Shown: positions 50,758 to 63,040, numbered from the whole stretch's first letter. The stretch: DNA of 63,856 bases, filler included, from Basidiobolus ranarum (GCA_040143965.1; 6 parts of 6 records of this genome joined end to end with filler, not necessarily neighbours in it), one strand, 5' to 3'. Translations and numbers: made by a program. The notes: generated by a model from the letters alone, not told the origin.

Positions 50758-51044
50758 TGTTGACAATGACATAGTGCAATTTAGGTAGCTAGCTATATGA
50801 CTATATAGATACTTAAGCTATGTTATTATTCAATATCTTCATGAGGAATTTACGCTCAATATTGAGACCAACTTGAAAGTTCTCAAACTTGTCCAATAGA
50901 CCCTAAATGTTGTACTCTACACGTTGGTTTATCTACTTGACAAAAGTATAATTGTCAACTTGCACTCAATAAATCAGTAAGTGAAAACCACCAATTCTTA
51001 TAGTTGTACAAATCACTTCCAACAACTCCCAAATTACTTCAACA
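50758..51044 (+). mobile_element. Solo LTR (TGTTG...CAACA) with perfect 5-bp target-site duplication GATTA
   Basis: GATTA|TGTTGAC...TTCAACA|GATTA; shares TTGACAAAA...CTCAATAAATCA.TAAGTGAAA.CCACCAATTCTT...ACTCCCAAA.TACTTCAACA with the 32855 copy. Confidence 0.88.
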
Positions 51045-51193
51045 GATTATTGGCATGCATATCTAACTGTAACTAGAAACAAAATGGGGATTAAATTTTA
51101 TTGTATGTTTATCTAACCTAAACACCCAAAAAAGTACTTATAGTTAATATATACAAATAAGTGGATTTACTTGGTTGGGGACTCAACTCATAG

Positions 51194-51880
51194 TTAAAAG
51201 CCACCAACACCTCGATTGAGATCAAGCCAAACCAATACAGCTCCTAACAACCAGGATAGAATAGATCCAAAAGTAAGATGAATAGGGGTCCATGGAATTT
51301 CACACTTGAGGTAGAGACTCTGAGTATTAATTGGACATCTCCAGTTCGAACATAGCAACGCCATACCTGCTCCAGTCCAAGCAATGCACATAACTAAATG
51401 AAGGTAGTACAGAAGTCTTTCTCTGTAGGTCCTTCTAACCAGCTGCTGTAGTAAAGGAGACTCCTCTGTCTGTTTTAGATCAACAGTTAAGAGCACATTT
51501 TGAGAAAAGGAGTATACCCGCGTCCACACCCAATTTAAGATACAGGCACTATTCACCAAAATAGAGACAATTCCTACAGTTAAAAGTACACAGAGTTCAG
51601 TTTTACTGCGTGTCTTTAGGAATAGATCTTGTACGTTATGAACAATAAGGCAACTCAAAGTCAACGTAATTAATCGCAATAGCAGGAGTAGTATACGATA
51701 TCGGATAGCATGCTTATGCTCTAATTGAGTGGACAGAAACTCGGGAGAGATAAATGATACGTAGCGTAAACATTTAGATGGTATGAGGATATTCAAAGAG
51801 GTTGTCTCTTCAGGCAATTTCACACGACGTGTTTCCTCATGTGGCTTTACCGAGCGAATTTCTTCAGGCAGCATGTACAT
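51194..51880 (-). CDS. Hypothetical 4-TM membrane protein (MARVEL-like topology)
   Basis: 228-aa ATG ORF with four hydrophobic segments and a Cys pair between TM3 and TM4. Confidence 0.55.
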   Translation of the reverse strand: MYMLPEEIRSVKPHEETRRVKLPEETTSLNILIPSKCLRYVSFISPEFLSTQLEHKHAIRYRILLLLLRLITLTLSCLIVHNVQDLFLKTRSKTELCVLLTVGIVSILVNSACILNWVWTRVYSFSQNVLLTVDLKQTEESPLLQQLVRRTYRERLLYYLHLVMCIAWTGAGMALLCSNWRCPINTQSLYLKCEIPWTPIHLTFGSILSWLLGAVLVWLDLNRGVGGF

Positions 51881-51963
51881 CGATTTGAAGAGCGTTATTA
51901 CATGAATGGCTGGCCCTAACCCAGTTATTTATTCTCTCTTGATCAAATTAATTAGGTCTCAGT

Positions 51964-52027
51964 GTACGATTAATATATTCCATCATGATACAAAGGTACG
52001 ATTAATATATTCCATCATGATACAAAG
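51964..52027. repeat. 32-bp perfect tandem duplication
   Basis: GTACGATTAATATATTCCATCATGATACAAAG x2. Confidence 0.9.
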
Positions 52028-52511
52028 GTTGGTGTTATTCAATAAATCCAATTTTATAGTTGTTTCATCTGTTTGTAGCTATGCTAATCTATATTTTTCG
52101 GCGATTTAGATAGTTTAGAGTCAAGAGATGCAAATTCTGACAATCATGAATGTCGATATTTAAATATTCGTACATTCGAGGATAACCAGGGGTTGGCAGG
52201 ATCCGAGAGGAGGATCAATATCGATACTGCAGATCAGATCCATTCGGGCTCAGTTACCACGGTTAAGCTGAGTCACTTCACAAGTCACTTGAAATGATAC
52301 TTTGCGCAGTGACAAAGACTGCCAAATTGGGTTGATTTTCAAAAATAGCTTGGGGTGCACCAAGCCTAATAGACGTCCATGATGGCTGAGGTGCCTGCTT
52401 CGTGTATGGTAATTTGCTGTTGCACAGGTATCGTTGCTAAAGGTATATATGGCTTGATGGGATTCTATTGCTCCCTATCAAGTTCCTTATCAAACTACAA
52501 CGCTACTCAAC

Positions 52512-52958
52512 ATGAAATCGTTCTTTTCACTTGTCCTAGTCGCCCTTGCTACCCAGGTATCTTCTGCACCCACTGGATCACCTAGCCAATGTCAAGGCTG
52601 GTCAGTCGCTGCTGTGGAGCACGCCACTGGAAATGAGGCAACATTTGCATCGAACGACCAGGTGGTCCTCAAATGGACTGTATCTGGCTCTCAAGTCACC
52701 AACATTAGAGAGGTAGATCTTTACAGTGCCAAGAGCAATGAATTCCTGCATACACAATATCGCAGCTATCCAGGAGTGAGTGCAACCAGTGGCCAACTCT
52801 CATTCACTCTCAGTGTTCCACTTTGCTTGCAGAGAGATGGTTCGTACTATCTGGGAGTATACTCTAGCTCGTCAGGTCAAGATATGAACTGCTTTTTGCA
52901 AACACCCAACTTCCAGCTAACTGCTGATCCCAACGGCAACTTCACTGTCTGTTCTTGA
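52512..52958 (+). CDS. Small secreted protein (148 aa, 4 Cys), beta-rich
   Basis: Signal peptide MKSFFSLVLVALATQVSS; VVLKWTV..VDLY..FTLSVP..GSYYLGV pattern of an Ig-like/Kre9-Knh1 N-terminal-type fold (inference). Confidence 0.8.
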   Translation: MKSFFSLVLVALATQVSSAPTGSPSQCQGWSVAAVEHATGNEATFASNDQVVLKWTVSGSQVTNIREVDLYSAKSNEFLHTQYRSYPGVSATSGQLSFTLSVPLCLQRDGSYYLGVYSSSSGQDMNCFLQTPNFQLTADPNGNFTVCS

Positions 52959-53225
52959 ATACCATTCGCATTGTATACTTTGTATTGACTTGTAGCATAA
53001 ATTATTGACTGTATCTGCTAAACCTCATATGTTCATTTGAATAAAAGTCCACTTCAAAAGTATAAGATTGGCATATTAACTATCTGAAAGACTAGAATCA
53101 CGCCGTGTGTACATCTAACTAACTTCAAACAAAACAGTGGAGTCGATGTTATTTCACCTTTCCCGCTCTTAGTGTCATGCGGATAGTTTTGTGAATTTAC
53201 TAATCCAAACCAGGACTGAGTTAAT

Positions 53226-53325
53226 NNNNNNNNNNNNNNNNNNNNNNNNNNNNNNNNNNNNNNNNNNNNTTAATTAATTAANNNNNNNNNNNNNNNNNNN
53301 NNNNNNNNNNNNNNNNNNNNNNNNN
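53226..53325. other. Artificial contig linker
   Basis: N44-TTAATTAATTAA-N44. Confidence 0.98.
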
Positions 53326-53934
53326 GTCCATACAGAAGATGGTAAGGAAGAAAAATATCCCTTCGTGTAACAAAGCTGAATAGAGACCAAGTTTCCGGAA
53401 CTCAGTGTGTCGTTGAATACTGATGATAAACAGTAGGGTGAGAATTACAATGATGCTAGTAACTGATCCGGTTAAACCTAAAGCCCAATATATAGGAAGG
53501 GAGAGGATACACCCTCCAATAAGTCCATTTATAAATTGTGAGTGCATAAACACCTGAGCCAAGCAGACCGTTTCAACAATCTGAATCACTACACACAGGT
53601 ATCCCAGTAGCTTACTAGCCTTGGTAGTGTAGTAGGTTTTATAATAAAGAATGATGTTGATGGATAGCAGCGAGAGGTAGGCGATTATGAGATAAATGTA
53701 GGCTAAAGTGGTGCAGCTACGCTCTGGTTTGAAAAAATCCGAAAGTGCCACTATCTCATTAAACAACAACAACATCGATTGTACCAAGTTCAACTTGAAA
53801 ATTATCGGGGATTCCTGTAGAACCATATGAATGGCGTAATATGTGTTGCTAATAGCAATTGGTAAAGCACTGGTGGCAATCATTAAGTCCAGCTTTCCAT
53901 ATGTGATGACGGTGCTGACAGGAATATCCATCAT
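53326..53934 (-). CDS. Multi-pass (7TM receptor-like) membrane protein, 3'-truncated at contig start
   Basis: At least 5-6 hydrophobic helices with loop Cys (SCTT, GGCI); LYSALLHEGIFFF. Confidence 0.65.
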
Positions 53935-55600
53935 GTTACTTTGCCGTCAGTGCGAGGGGAGTAAGATAGGAGAGAAAGAAAGAAAATTCAAAAGTTAGCA
54001 AACGATGGAGGAACAGTCCCATTTATTTAACATTGATATTCGCGAGCCCCAGACTTACCCTATCAAGAAAATACCCTAAAGAATAAAATAGCACCATTTG
54101 CAAATGTATACATGCATGTGAAGTGTAACATTGTATATAAACAGAAAGCATTTGTACGATAACATGGCAACTTTTAGAAGTAAGTTCTACGATCTTAGTG
54201 AATATATAGCCATCTATTCAGAAACCAATATGCCTTTTAGCCGATTTCGCTTGTGAAAAACCGGACAACACTCCTTTGACTCTTTTCAGTGTGATTATCC
54301 CGTGGATCCTAATGTTGGGATGGGAACTTATTGGCAGCCAATAATCGAGTCGAAGCTATAACCAATGGAATGATAGCCGATCCACGAAGAGAGTAACCAT
54401 GATTACGAATTATAGCAAATGTTTACTACCTCACAAGAGGAGGCATCAACCAATAACGGCTAATGGATCCATTCACTTGACCCCAACAGTGCAGTCTAAC
54501 TGCTATCAGCTGCTCCAACCTTCTGATTACTTGGTATTTTTATGAAGATACCCATTATGTTGGGTGAGTTGTGCTTGTACCCACACTCTAAGTCTCTATC
54601 AAATGATGTTTCAAATTAGTCACTTCAATGCGCGTGGCCAACGCAATTGGATGGATTCGTTAAACGTGATCGAAAAGTGTTCATGGAATTAGATGATTTT
54701 CATGTTAAAGTATCACCATTTGTTTCGCCACTGGTGCTCCCCTTCCCTTCTAATAAGAAGAGAATTCGTTCCTTTGCACGTGAATTCAGTTGATTTTACG
54801 CCAGAGGCAATGAACCGTTAGCAATCCACCTTATCCAGTAAATAAGCCCAATGGTTAAGATATTAGTAGTACAGACGATAGATCATGCAAGCAAAAAGAT
54901 CGACATCCATATTCAATAAGATGGAGATTACTTGATGCCAGCTGTTTGATATACACAAAAGTTATGCAAATTGACTTGTTGGTTTACAAATCAGCTACTA
55001 GACAATGATGACGTATCTTACACAATTATGCTGCACTAGATACTCTTCTACATTTATAGTATAGAACTATGCTACACATTGGGTAGATATTTACTCTTTA
55101 CAATGAATAGCATGATCAAGGATTAGATACTTATCGGTAGCACATCTTACTCTACAGTTCATTGTATTGTGTCTCTTCGACATCTTTCTCATGAACACTA
55201 TAAAATAGAGTAAATGATAAATAATTATCTCAATTCATATCCTTACTCTGTGGAACATCATCAGCTCTTCTGAAAGATACAATAAAACCACACTTATATC
55301 TAGTTTGGTAAATCTTCACTCAGTATTCCTTTCCATACTGCTGTACCAGTTGACTAGCCTTGTACCTACAACATTCTCTTGAATATAATTCCAAGGAATT
55401 ATACTGTTAGCTCAATACTGAAGCTTATATTCATGTAGGCGTATAATATAATAATGCAAGTTGTATAGATTAAGACTTGAAAATTAACATGTCATAAGGT
55501 GTAATTTGTCTTTTATTGTTGGCAAAGGTGACAAGAAATTACTTTTATGTTGAAATGTGAAAGATAAGTGAGTGAGAAAGATGTTACATAGTAAATGCAA

Positions 55601-56012
55601 TTAGTGGGCGTCTTCACGCTTGCTAATGTAGTCAATAGCTTGAGCAACAGTCTTGAGCTCATCAGCATCCTTGTCAGGAATTTCAACGGAGAACTCCTCT
55701 TCGATTGCCATGACAACCTCAACAGTATCTAAACTGTCAAGACCGAGATCCTTGTTGAAGTGAGATTGAGCATTGAGCTATGTTTGGTTGAAAAAAACTT
55801 TAGTAACTACTTGAAGTATTTAAAATGATATATGCTTCTAATACCTTGGATTGATCGACTTTGTCATAACCCTTCAAGACATCCAAGATTCTGCTTTGAA
55901 TGTCACCATGGGAAAGAGCACCAGCAGAGTAAAAACGAGGAGCGAAGGAAACTCTGGAGGTGGCAGCGAAGAGAGAGCGACCGGCAGGACGAAGAGAAGA
56001 GTATCTAAGCAT
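55601..56012 (-). CDS. ACP1: Mitochondrial acyl carrier protein, 2 exons (56012-55845, 55777-55601)
   Basis: Arg/Ser-rich presequence, then [33 protein letters not shown] containing the phosphopantetheine DSL motif. Confidence 0.95.
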
Positions 56013-56368
56013 GATATACGTGTTGGGAAATACAAGAAAGTGGCAGTTACTAACCAGCTGTAAAGGTAGTAAAATACGACACTCGGGAACTATAAATCAC
56101 TTTCTTCCTGAAAGATAAATTTTCAGATATCACTTGAGTTTTGGGGGTGTAAAATTACTGTTCGTACTACCCAACCAGGGTACTAATGTACTAATCGTAG
56201 CGTTAAAATATTTCGATCTACTCAACAATAAATTGAATTTTCCCAACTTCGACAGGGGTGTAATGTTCAGATTCTTTCGGGATAGTAGCCAACAATTTAC
56301 CCCGGTTCAGATCTAATAAAATTGGTTTTTTTTCCTGGTATAAGGACTCAGACACATAACGAGAACAA

Positions 56369-56382
56369 CCCTCTTTTTCCTC
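56369..56382 (+). promoter_or_regulatory. TCT/5'TOP-like pyrimidine tract upstream of RPS19
   Basis: CCCTCTTTTTCCTC ~20-30 nt before the 5'UTR intron donor (56401 GTTCGT; acceptor TAG at 56635 directly before ATG). Confidence 0.5.
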
Positions 56383-56635
56383 GAACGGACGAATTTCAAG
56401 GTTCGTAATGATCTAATGTTGCATATGTTGGGGTTAAAGAAAGTTAGTTGCGTTGTTTGAAGAATCTTTAGTAGCAGATACATCTATCAACACCATTTAT
56501 AATCGAATCAAAATACATGGATTTAACCAGTTTGAGTCAGACATACTTTATCATCAATATATTTCAAACAACCATCGACTTTGATATAACCGCCAACTGC
56601 TTCAACCATGTACTAAATCCAAGTGTTTCATCTAG

Positions 56636-57061
56636 ATGGCTGGTATCACCGTTAAGGACGTCAACTCCCACCAATTCATCAAGGCCTACGCTGCTCACTT
56701 GAAGCGTTCCGGCAAGCTTGAAGTCCCCAAGTGGGTCGACCTCGCCAAGACCGCTACTTACAAGGAATTAGGTCCCTATGACCAAGACTGGTTCTACATC
56801 AGAGCTGCCTCTGTTGCCCGTCACGTCTACCTTCACAAGACTGTTGGTGTTGGACATTTGAGAAGACTCCACGGTGGAAGCAAGAACCGTGGTAGCAGAC
56901 CTTCTCACCACGCCGATGGATCCGGTTCCGTCGCCCGTAAGGTCCTCCAAGCTTTGGAAAAGATCAACATCATCGAAATCTCCGCCAACGGTGGTCGTAA
57001 GCTTACCCAAGATGGTCAACGTGATCTTGACCGTATCAGTGCCCAAGTTGCCAAGAACTAA
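56636..57061 (+). CDS. RPS19: 40S ribosomal protein S19 (eS19)
   Basis: TVKDV, LKRSGKLEVPKWVD, WFYIRAASVARH, NRGSRPSH, GQRDLDRI. Confidence 0.98.
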   Translation: MAGITVKDVNSHQFIKAYAAHLKRSGKLEVPKWVDLAKTATYKELGPYDQDWFYIRAASVARHVYLHKTVGVGHLRRLHGGSKNRGSRPSHHADGSGSVARKVLQALEKINIIEISANGGRKLTQDGQRDLDRISAQVAKN

Positions 57062-57497
57062 ATTACTCTTGTACTAAATTCTTTGTGCTTTGGAAAATAA
57101 ACATTTACCCAACTCTGTCTTTATTAATTTGATAATGAATGGTTCCACTTGATGAATAATAAAAGATTCATTGAACTCGCAGTCGCAGTGGATTGAAAAT
57201 ATATATATATATTTATATATACGCAAATGCATTCATATGAACTATTGTTTTCATCTCAACAAATAGCCAATCCTAATCATGAATTATAAATACATGCACT
57301 ATGTTGTAATAGTTCATAGATTCGAGATTATTATATATTGGTGAAAGGAGGGTTTGCTACTTGAACCATACTCATTCTCATACATATCAAACAAAAGGTG
57401 GAAGTAAAGAGTAAGAAAACCGCAAGGATACACAGGGTTCTCAGTTAATCTTCATCGATACATAACAAGAGAAGGATAAGTTCATTTGAATTTCAAC

Positions 57498-58346
57498 ATG
57501 GTAAATCTACCTATTGCCCTTCATTCTATATGGTTTATTAAACAAGAATATCTACTTTACAGCCAGTTGGGGAAATCCCTTCACCTGAAGTCATAAAACA
57601 AATCGTTCGTGAATTACATTCTTTGTATGTTCATCCAATTGAAGATGTACGAGTAATTATCAACGAGAATAATCTTTTTGATTTTCAAGCCTGGATATAT
57701 GGTTCAAGTAAGTAATATACTTATGATTACCTAGTTCCAAACCATCGCTCATTCATTCTATACTTAGCTGGGACACCTTACGCGAATGGGGCGTTTCGTG
57801 TGAAGTTGATATTTAGTGAAGACTTCCCACGAGTACCACCCAGGTGTAAGTACCTTAATGATTCCTTTGGATAGATTTATACAAAAGAATATTGTGAAAG
57901 TTAAGTTGCTTTTTATTTTATCTTTAGGTAATTTCCTGACCAAAATATTTCACCCGAATATCTCACTTAACGGAGAAGTCTGTGGCAATATTTTGACTGA
58001 TAATTGGCACTTTGGACTTGGTATTAGTCATGTTTTGATGGTACGTGAATGTTAATTAAAGTAATATTATATAAACCATACCAATGATCCTATACTCATA
58101 GCGTTTGATTTCTGTTAGACACTACGATGCTTGTTAATTCAACCTAAACCTGAATCGGTGCTAAATGAAGAAGCGGGTATATTATTTCATAGGAGTTATG
58201 AAGACTACGTTAGACAAGCTAAATTAATGACCGAAATCCACGCCTATTGTAAACTCCATCAAGAAGAGGGAAAACCTAACAGAAAGAGAAGTGGCGAGAC
58301 AAAGGAAAGAAGAGTGAATAAAAAGTGTACTAGGAGACGCCTTTAA
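57498..58346 (+). CDS. UBE2S: Ubiquitin-conjugating enzyme E2, UBE2S-like, 5 exons
   Basis: Spliced: [23 protein letters not shown]...[25 protein letters not shown]...[18 protein letters not shown]...[16 protein letters not shown]; basic tail ending RRRL. Confidence 0.82.
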
Positions 58347-58738
58347 GGTGGTTATCGGTAGAGAATGATTAATTAATCCAACATCTTACTTGGTATTTAT
58401 TATCTTCTTGTACTTGATTATCACCTTCTATAACACTGAACCTTATTCAGTTAAAGATTCATGAAATAATTAAGAGCTTGTAACCGGCGCTGGGTGTATG
58501 TTATAGAAATCTTTTAACTGTATATTCTCTCTAAAAAAGCAGTATTTCTAATGACCTTTCGAATATTTGTTTATCTATGCAGTAGTATAAGGAGATCGAA
58601 GTATTACAACTATGACTATATTATCAAATATGAACAGAATAATGATCCAAATAGATCAAAAAAAATTCCATATTTCAAATAAAACGAATCCATAAATTGA
58701 TTAGACGATTCGGGCTAAACGAACCTTTACCTAACAAC

Positions 58739-59215
58739 ATGATAGAAGTTATTTGTAACGACAGGTATATATCTGATAGAATGTACAAATGATATATATC
58801 TTCTTTTTTTAAACTTTTCTTTTATTCTACTAGATTGGGAAAGAAAGTACGCGTCAAGTGCAAGTAAGTATTTCTAATAGAGATTATTCTCTAAGAGTTG
58901 GTGAATTTCAAGTCTACTTGAACTTAGTTTTGAACAAATCTCTTTGATTTTAGTCCTGACGATACCGTAGGTGATTTAAAGAAGTTGATCGCTGCCCAAA
59001 CCGGTACTGATTATCGTAAGATTGTATTGAAGAAGTGGTATAACATATTCAAAGACCATATTACACTTGAAGATTGTATCCTTTTTTTCCCAATTCAGTC
59101 GAAATTATTGAAGTTTCCAAGTAATGTTTTCCGTTAGACATGCCTTAACACTTTCTCTTTGAAATATTTAGACGAAATTCATGATGGCATGAGTATTGAA
59201 CTTTATTACTCATAA
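58739..59215 (+). CDS. HUB1: Ubiquitin-like protein Hub1/UBL5, 4 exons; last intron is U12-type
   Basis: Absent from the ORF track. Spliced: [37 protein letters not shown]...[30 protein letters not shown]. Confidence 0.95.
59076..59171 (+). other. U12-type (minor spliceosome) GT-AG intron
   Basis: 5' splice site GTATCCTTTT; branch site TGCCTTAAC at 59141-59149; TAG at 59169-59171. Removal restores the Hub1 frame (T|AC = Tyr). Confidence 0.9.
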
Positions 59216-59488
59216 GAGACAAATTTCAATCACGATATATTTACTTAAAATAAAGCTCATGTATTATGACATCACATTTCCATATTCTAATGGATTGGGT
59301 TAAACTTTCATTGAAAGATAGGAGAAACAATATTACATATAATTTTATTGTATATATCTATTTAATGAAATGATGGAGCTTATAAAGAGACACAGCGAAT
59401 GTTAAATCACACAAACAGAAGGAAATATGTGAGCATACAGTAGTAATATGTGAAGGGGAAGCGGATAATAAGGTTAAACAGCTTGGAA

Positions 59489-62400
59489 TCAACGTCTAGG
59501 TGTTCTAGCGGTCTTACCAGGCGTTTTACCTGGAGTTTTAGATGATTTACTCTTGGCTGGAGTTTTGGAAGGTGTACTAGGGACGGATGCCTTGGGTGTG
59601 GCTGCACTCTTGGTTCGAGTAGACTTGATGGATTTGCCGTTAGGTGTACCGTTTAACTTGGAAGAATCAGTCACCTTCTTGACGGCGGGAGTAGCGACGG
59701 GAGCAGGTGTGGCTAGAGTACATAATGAGTTTAGGAACGGGTTCAAAGTTAAAATGCTCCAAAATGGAGATATCAAGAGTACTTACGTTTCTTGGGGGTG
59801 TTCAATTGAACCTTGAAGAAATCTGCCAAATAACTAAACTCAGTGTCTGCGTTATCGACCGAATCAGCATTGACCTCTTGATCAATGTTGGTAGAGACTA
59901 CTACGGCAGAGTCAACCTCCATAGAATCCTCTTCTTCACTATCTGATTCTTGGTTTTCATTGTTGTCTTGTTCCAATGATTCTTCATGTTCAAGATCAAT
60001 TCTAGAAAGCATCTTGTCCATGTAGAATTCGTACAATGAACTGACAGGTGGGATAACATGGGATGGAGCGTTGAGTAATGACTTGGTAGCTGCTTTACTC
60101 TTCTGGACTTTACGCTGTGGCTCTTCAACTTGCTTGGTAGCTTCGACGGGTTTGCGAGCACCAAAGATATCGGAGAAATAGGACTTGTTAGTGACGGTAG
60201 AGCTGAGAGATCCTTTTCCGTGCTCTTTAACAGGAGCAATCTTGGCGTGACTTAAAACGTGAAGATCGCATCTACCATTGAGCAACATAAGATTGGAGAC
60301 CAATTTGGATTCGGTTGTATCGTTAGCTTGCTTGGGGAAGAAAGTAAGTGATTTGACAGTATCAGGAATTTCATGAATCAGTACAGGGATTGGTTGACTG
60401 GGTTCGAAAACCATCAAACTAGTGGTACCAAGTTGATTACCAACGGCAACTACGAATTGTGAGCTGCTAGGGTCAACGGCAAACTTGTTCACCACGAGAC
60501 GACAACTCCACCAGATAGTGCAGCTTAGTAAATTCCAAACATACAGATGATCCTTAGTCATAGCAATCAAAAAGTGCGAGTTATTGGTGAAGACCAGTTT
60601 CTTGATAGGGCGAGTATGTGGGGAATGAGACAATAGCCCTTGGATAGTGTTGGTGTAAGGATCCCAAAGAGTAATGATATGACCATAAGAAACTGCGAGA
60701 ACAGAACCATCCTCAGAGAAGGTGGTGCTATAAGGAGTAGAATCGCGGTAAAAACCAACGGAGCGACAGATCCAAGAGACATCGGCACGTCTGTCGACTG
60801 GGGCCTGTAACTCCCATACTTTGAACTTCTTGTCTGATCCAGCAGTAACAACCATTGGAGAGCGGATGCTGGGGTGGAATTGTAGAGATGTAATGCGGCC
60901 TTGATGAGGAAAATCAACACGGGTGTTCATCACGTAGCCCTGGGTGTTGGGGTCAAATCTCCAGAATTTGAGATACAATTCGGGGGTATTCTCGCCATCA
61001 TCGCGGGAATCAACAGTAGCCATCCAATCACCATTTTTGGAGAAAGCAACATGCTCAACCTGAGGTTCGACAATCTCCTTCTCGTCAGTTCTAGAAACAC
61101 GATTACGAGGGGAAACTTCGAGCTCCATAACATGACGATCAGTGTATGGATTATAGAACTGAATAGTACCGGGAACACCGTTCAAGACCACATGGTTATT
61201 CTTAGGTTCAATCACCAAGCCGGTTCTGAGTGGATTGCTGGTATGATTCATTTGAGCATATTTCAATCCCTGGATAGCTTGTTTGATGGAGAGATCCACA
61301 GCTGAAACGATTCTGACGGAGTTGTCCAAATGACCAACAGCATACAAAGATTGATCGGGACTGATGACTACAGACTTGATCTCTGAACCAAGACGAGGAA
61401 GGTACTGTCTGTGACCAGTTTGCAACTGCCAGACAACCAATACAGCTTCCTCACCACCAGAGACCATGTACACACCATCGTTAGTAAATGCCATGTGGTT
61501 AACTCTATGAGCATGCCAATGCATAACAGAGGTAACAGGGCGGTCTTTGGTTTGCTCACTCAAACAATACCAGAGAACGATTCTACCACGCTCATCACCA
61601 GTAGCAATGCATGGCTCCGTGGGGTGAAAAGCAATGCAAGTTAATGTGAAGTCAGTCTTGTATCTAATAGGTTTGCTGAATTCGGTCTCGTGAATTTTCC
61701 ACACAATAAGTCTTCCTCTGCCAGCCACAGCAAGGTATTCTCCGTTGGGTGAGATCTTCATGCTAGTACAACGCCAAGTTTTGAACAATTTCACAAGGCG
61801 GGATCTCATTGAGCCCTTGAATGAGTAACGGAAAACAACGCTATTCTTTCTAATCTTATTACTATCACCAGCTGCGAGAATTGAAATGGTTTGTAAGTCT
61901 ATGATAAGCCAATATAAACGGGATTGAAAAAGCACTCACTAGCTCTTAATTGATCGGTATAGGATCTGGATTCTTTGGTGGTGACCACAAACATGTAGTC
62001 AGGTGTATACTCATTAGTAATCATATGAGTGATGGGAGTGCCAACCTCGAATGTCTAAACGGTGAAAGAATATAAATATTTCCACATGATGCTGTAACTT
62101 TTCGGGTAACTTACTTTGAGTAATACCGCATCGTTGAAGTCCCACAAACGGATGGTACCATCTAAAGATCCCGTATACAACTAAACAGCATTATAAGTAA
62201 CGATCGAAACAAAGATTTCAAGGTAAATGTGTATATACTTGTAGAGAATTGGTTGGGTTAAGGAAAAGACTAGTAACATCTTTGGTATGACCTTGAAGAA
62301 CTCTAACTACTTCTCCGGTATCGACACTATAGATCTTGATAACATTGGAAGCAGCACAGAAGAAGAATCTAATTTTCAAAAGCAACGTTAGTAAAGCCGA

Positions 62401-62659
62401 CACTTCCAACGAGTAATACCAGAAAAGGTTTCAAAAGTAATAGAACCTACTTTGAGTCCTTAGTGAAAACCAATGGGTAATTACTAAGACAACCTCCGGA
62501 AACTTTGTTGAGAGTTAATGACTGCTCAGTTAAAGAAGGAATCTCTTCGACGACGAGGTCGCTAGGATCAACAGCTTTCTTCAACTTCGATTTAGTTGTG
62601 TTTGGAGTTTTATTCTCCATTGGTTTTTTCGAATTTCTAGCTGGAGTTGTAGGTGCCAT
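59489..62659 (-). CDS. UTP17: WD40-repeat SSU processome t-UTP subunit Utp17/Nan1/WDR75, multi-exon
   Basis: MHWHAHRV, SGGEEAVLVVWQL..G.RQYLPRLGSEI, WMATVD, LKFW; WD repeats with an acidic/basic tail. Confidence 0.88.
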
Positions 62660-63040
62660 TTTGCCAAAGCTGTCTATTATCCCAAAACTAGTCAACTTTA
62701 GTTACTTGACGCACTAGGATGAATACTTTGTTTTCACACTCCTAAGAGAAAAAAAATTTACAATCATCTTCAATGCGGGAAAAAAAAGAAAAAAAACCCC
62801 CCGAAAACTGAATAGATTATTCATAATATTCGATTGAATGAATTCCATTTCTACTTAACAATAAAAATAGAAATAAAAATTGGAAGATTTGTTTTGATCA
62901 TATCTGTATTCACTGAATTCTCCATCACTATCACGTGATGGGATATCAAACTTTTTTTCTGCCATCATGAGCTAAAGAGTAATAGTCTCATTTGCAACGA
63001 GACAACTTTCGTTTGTTAAGTATACTTTGATAGCCTCATC

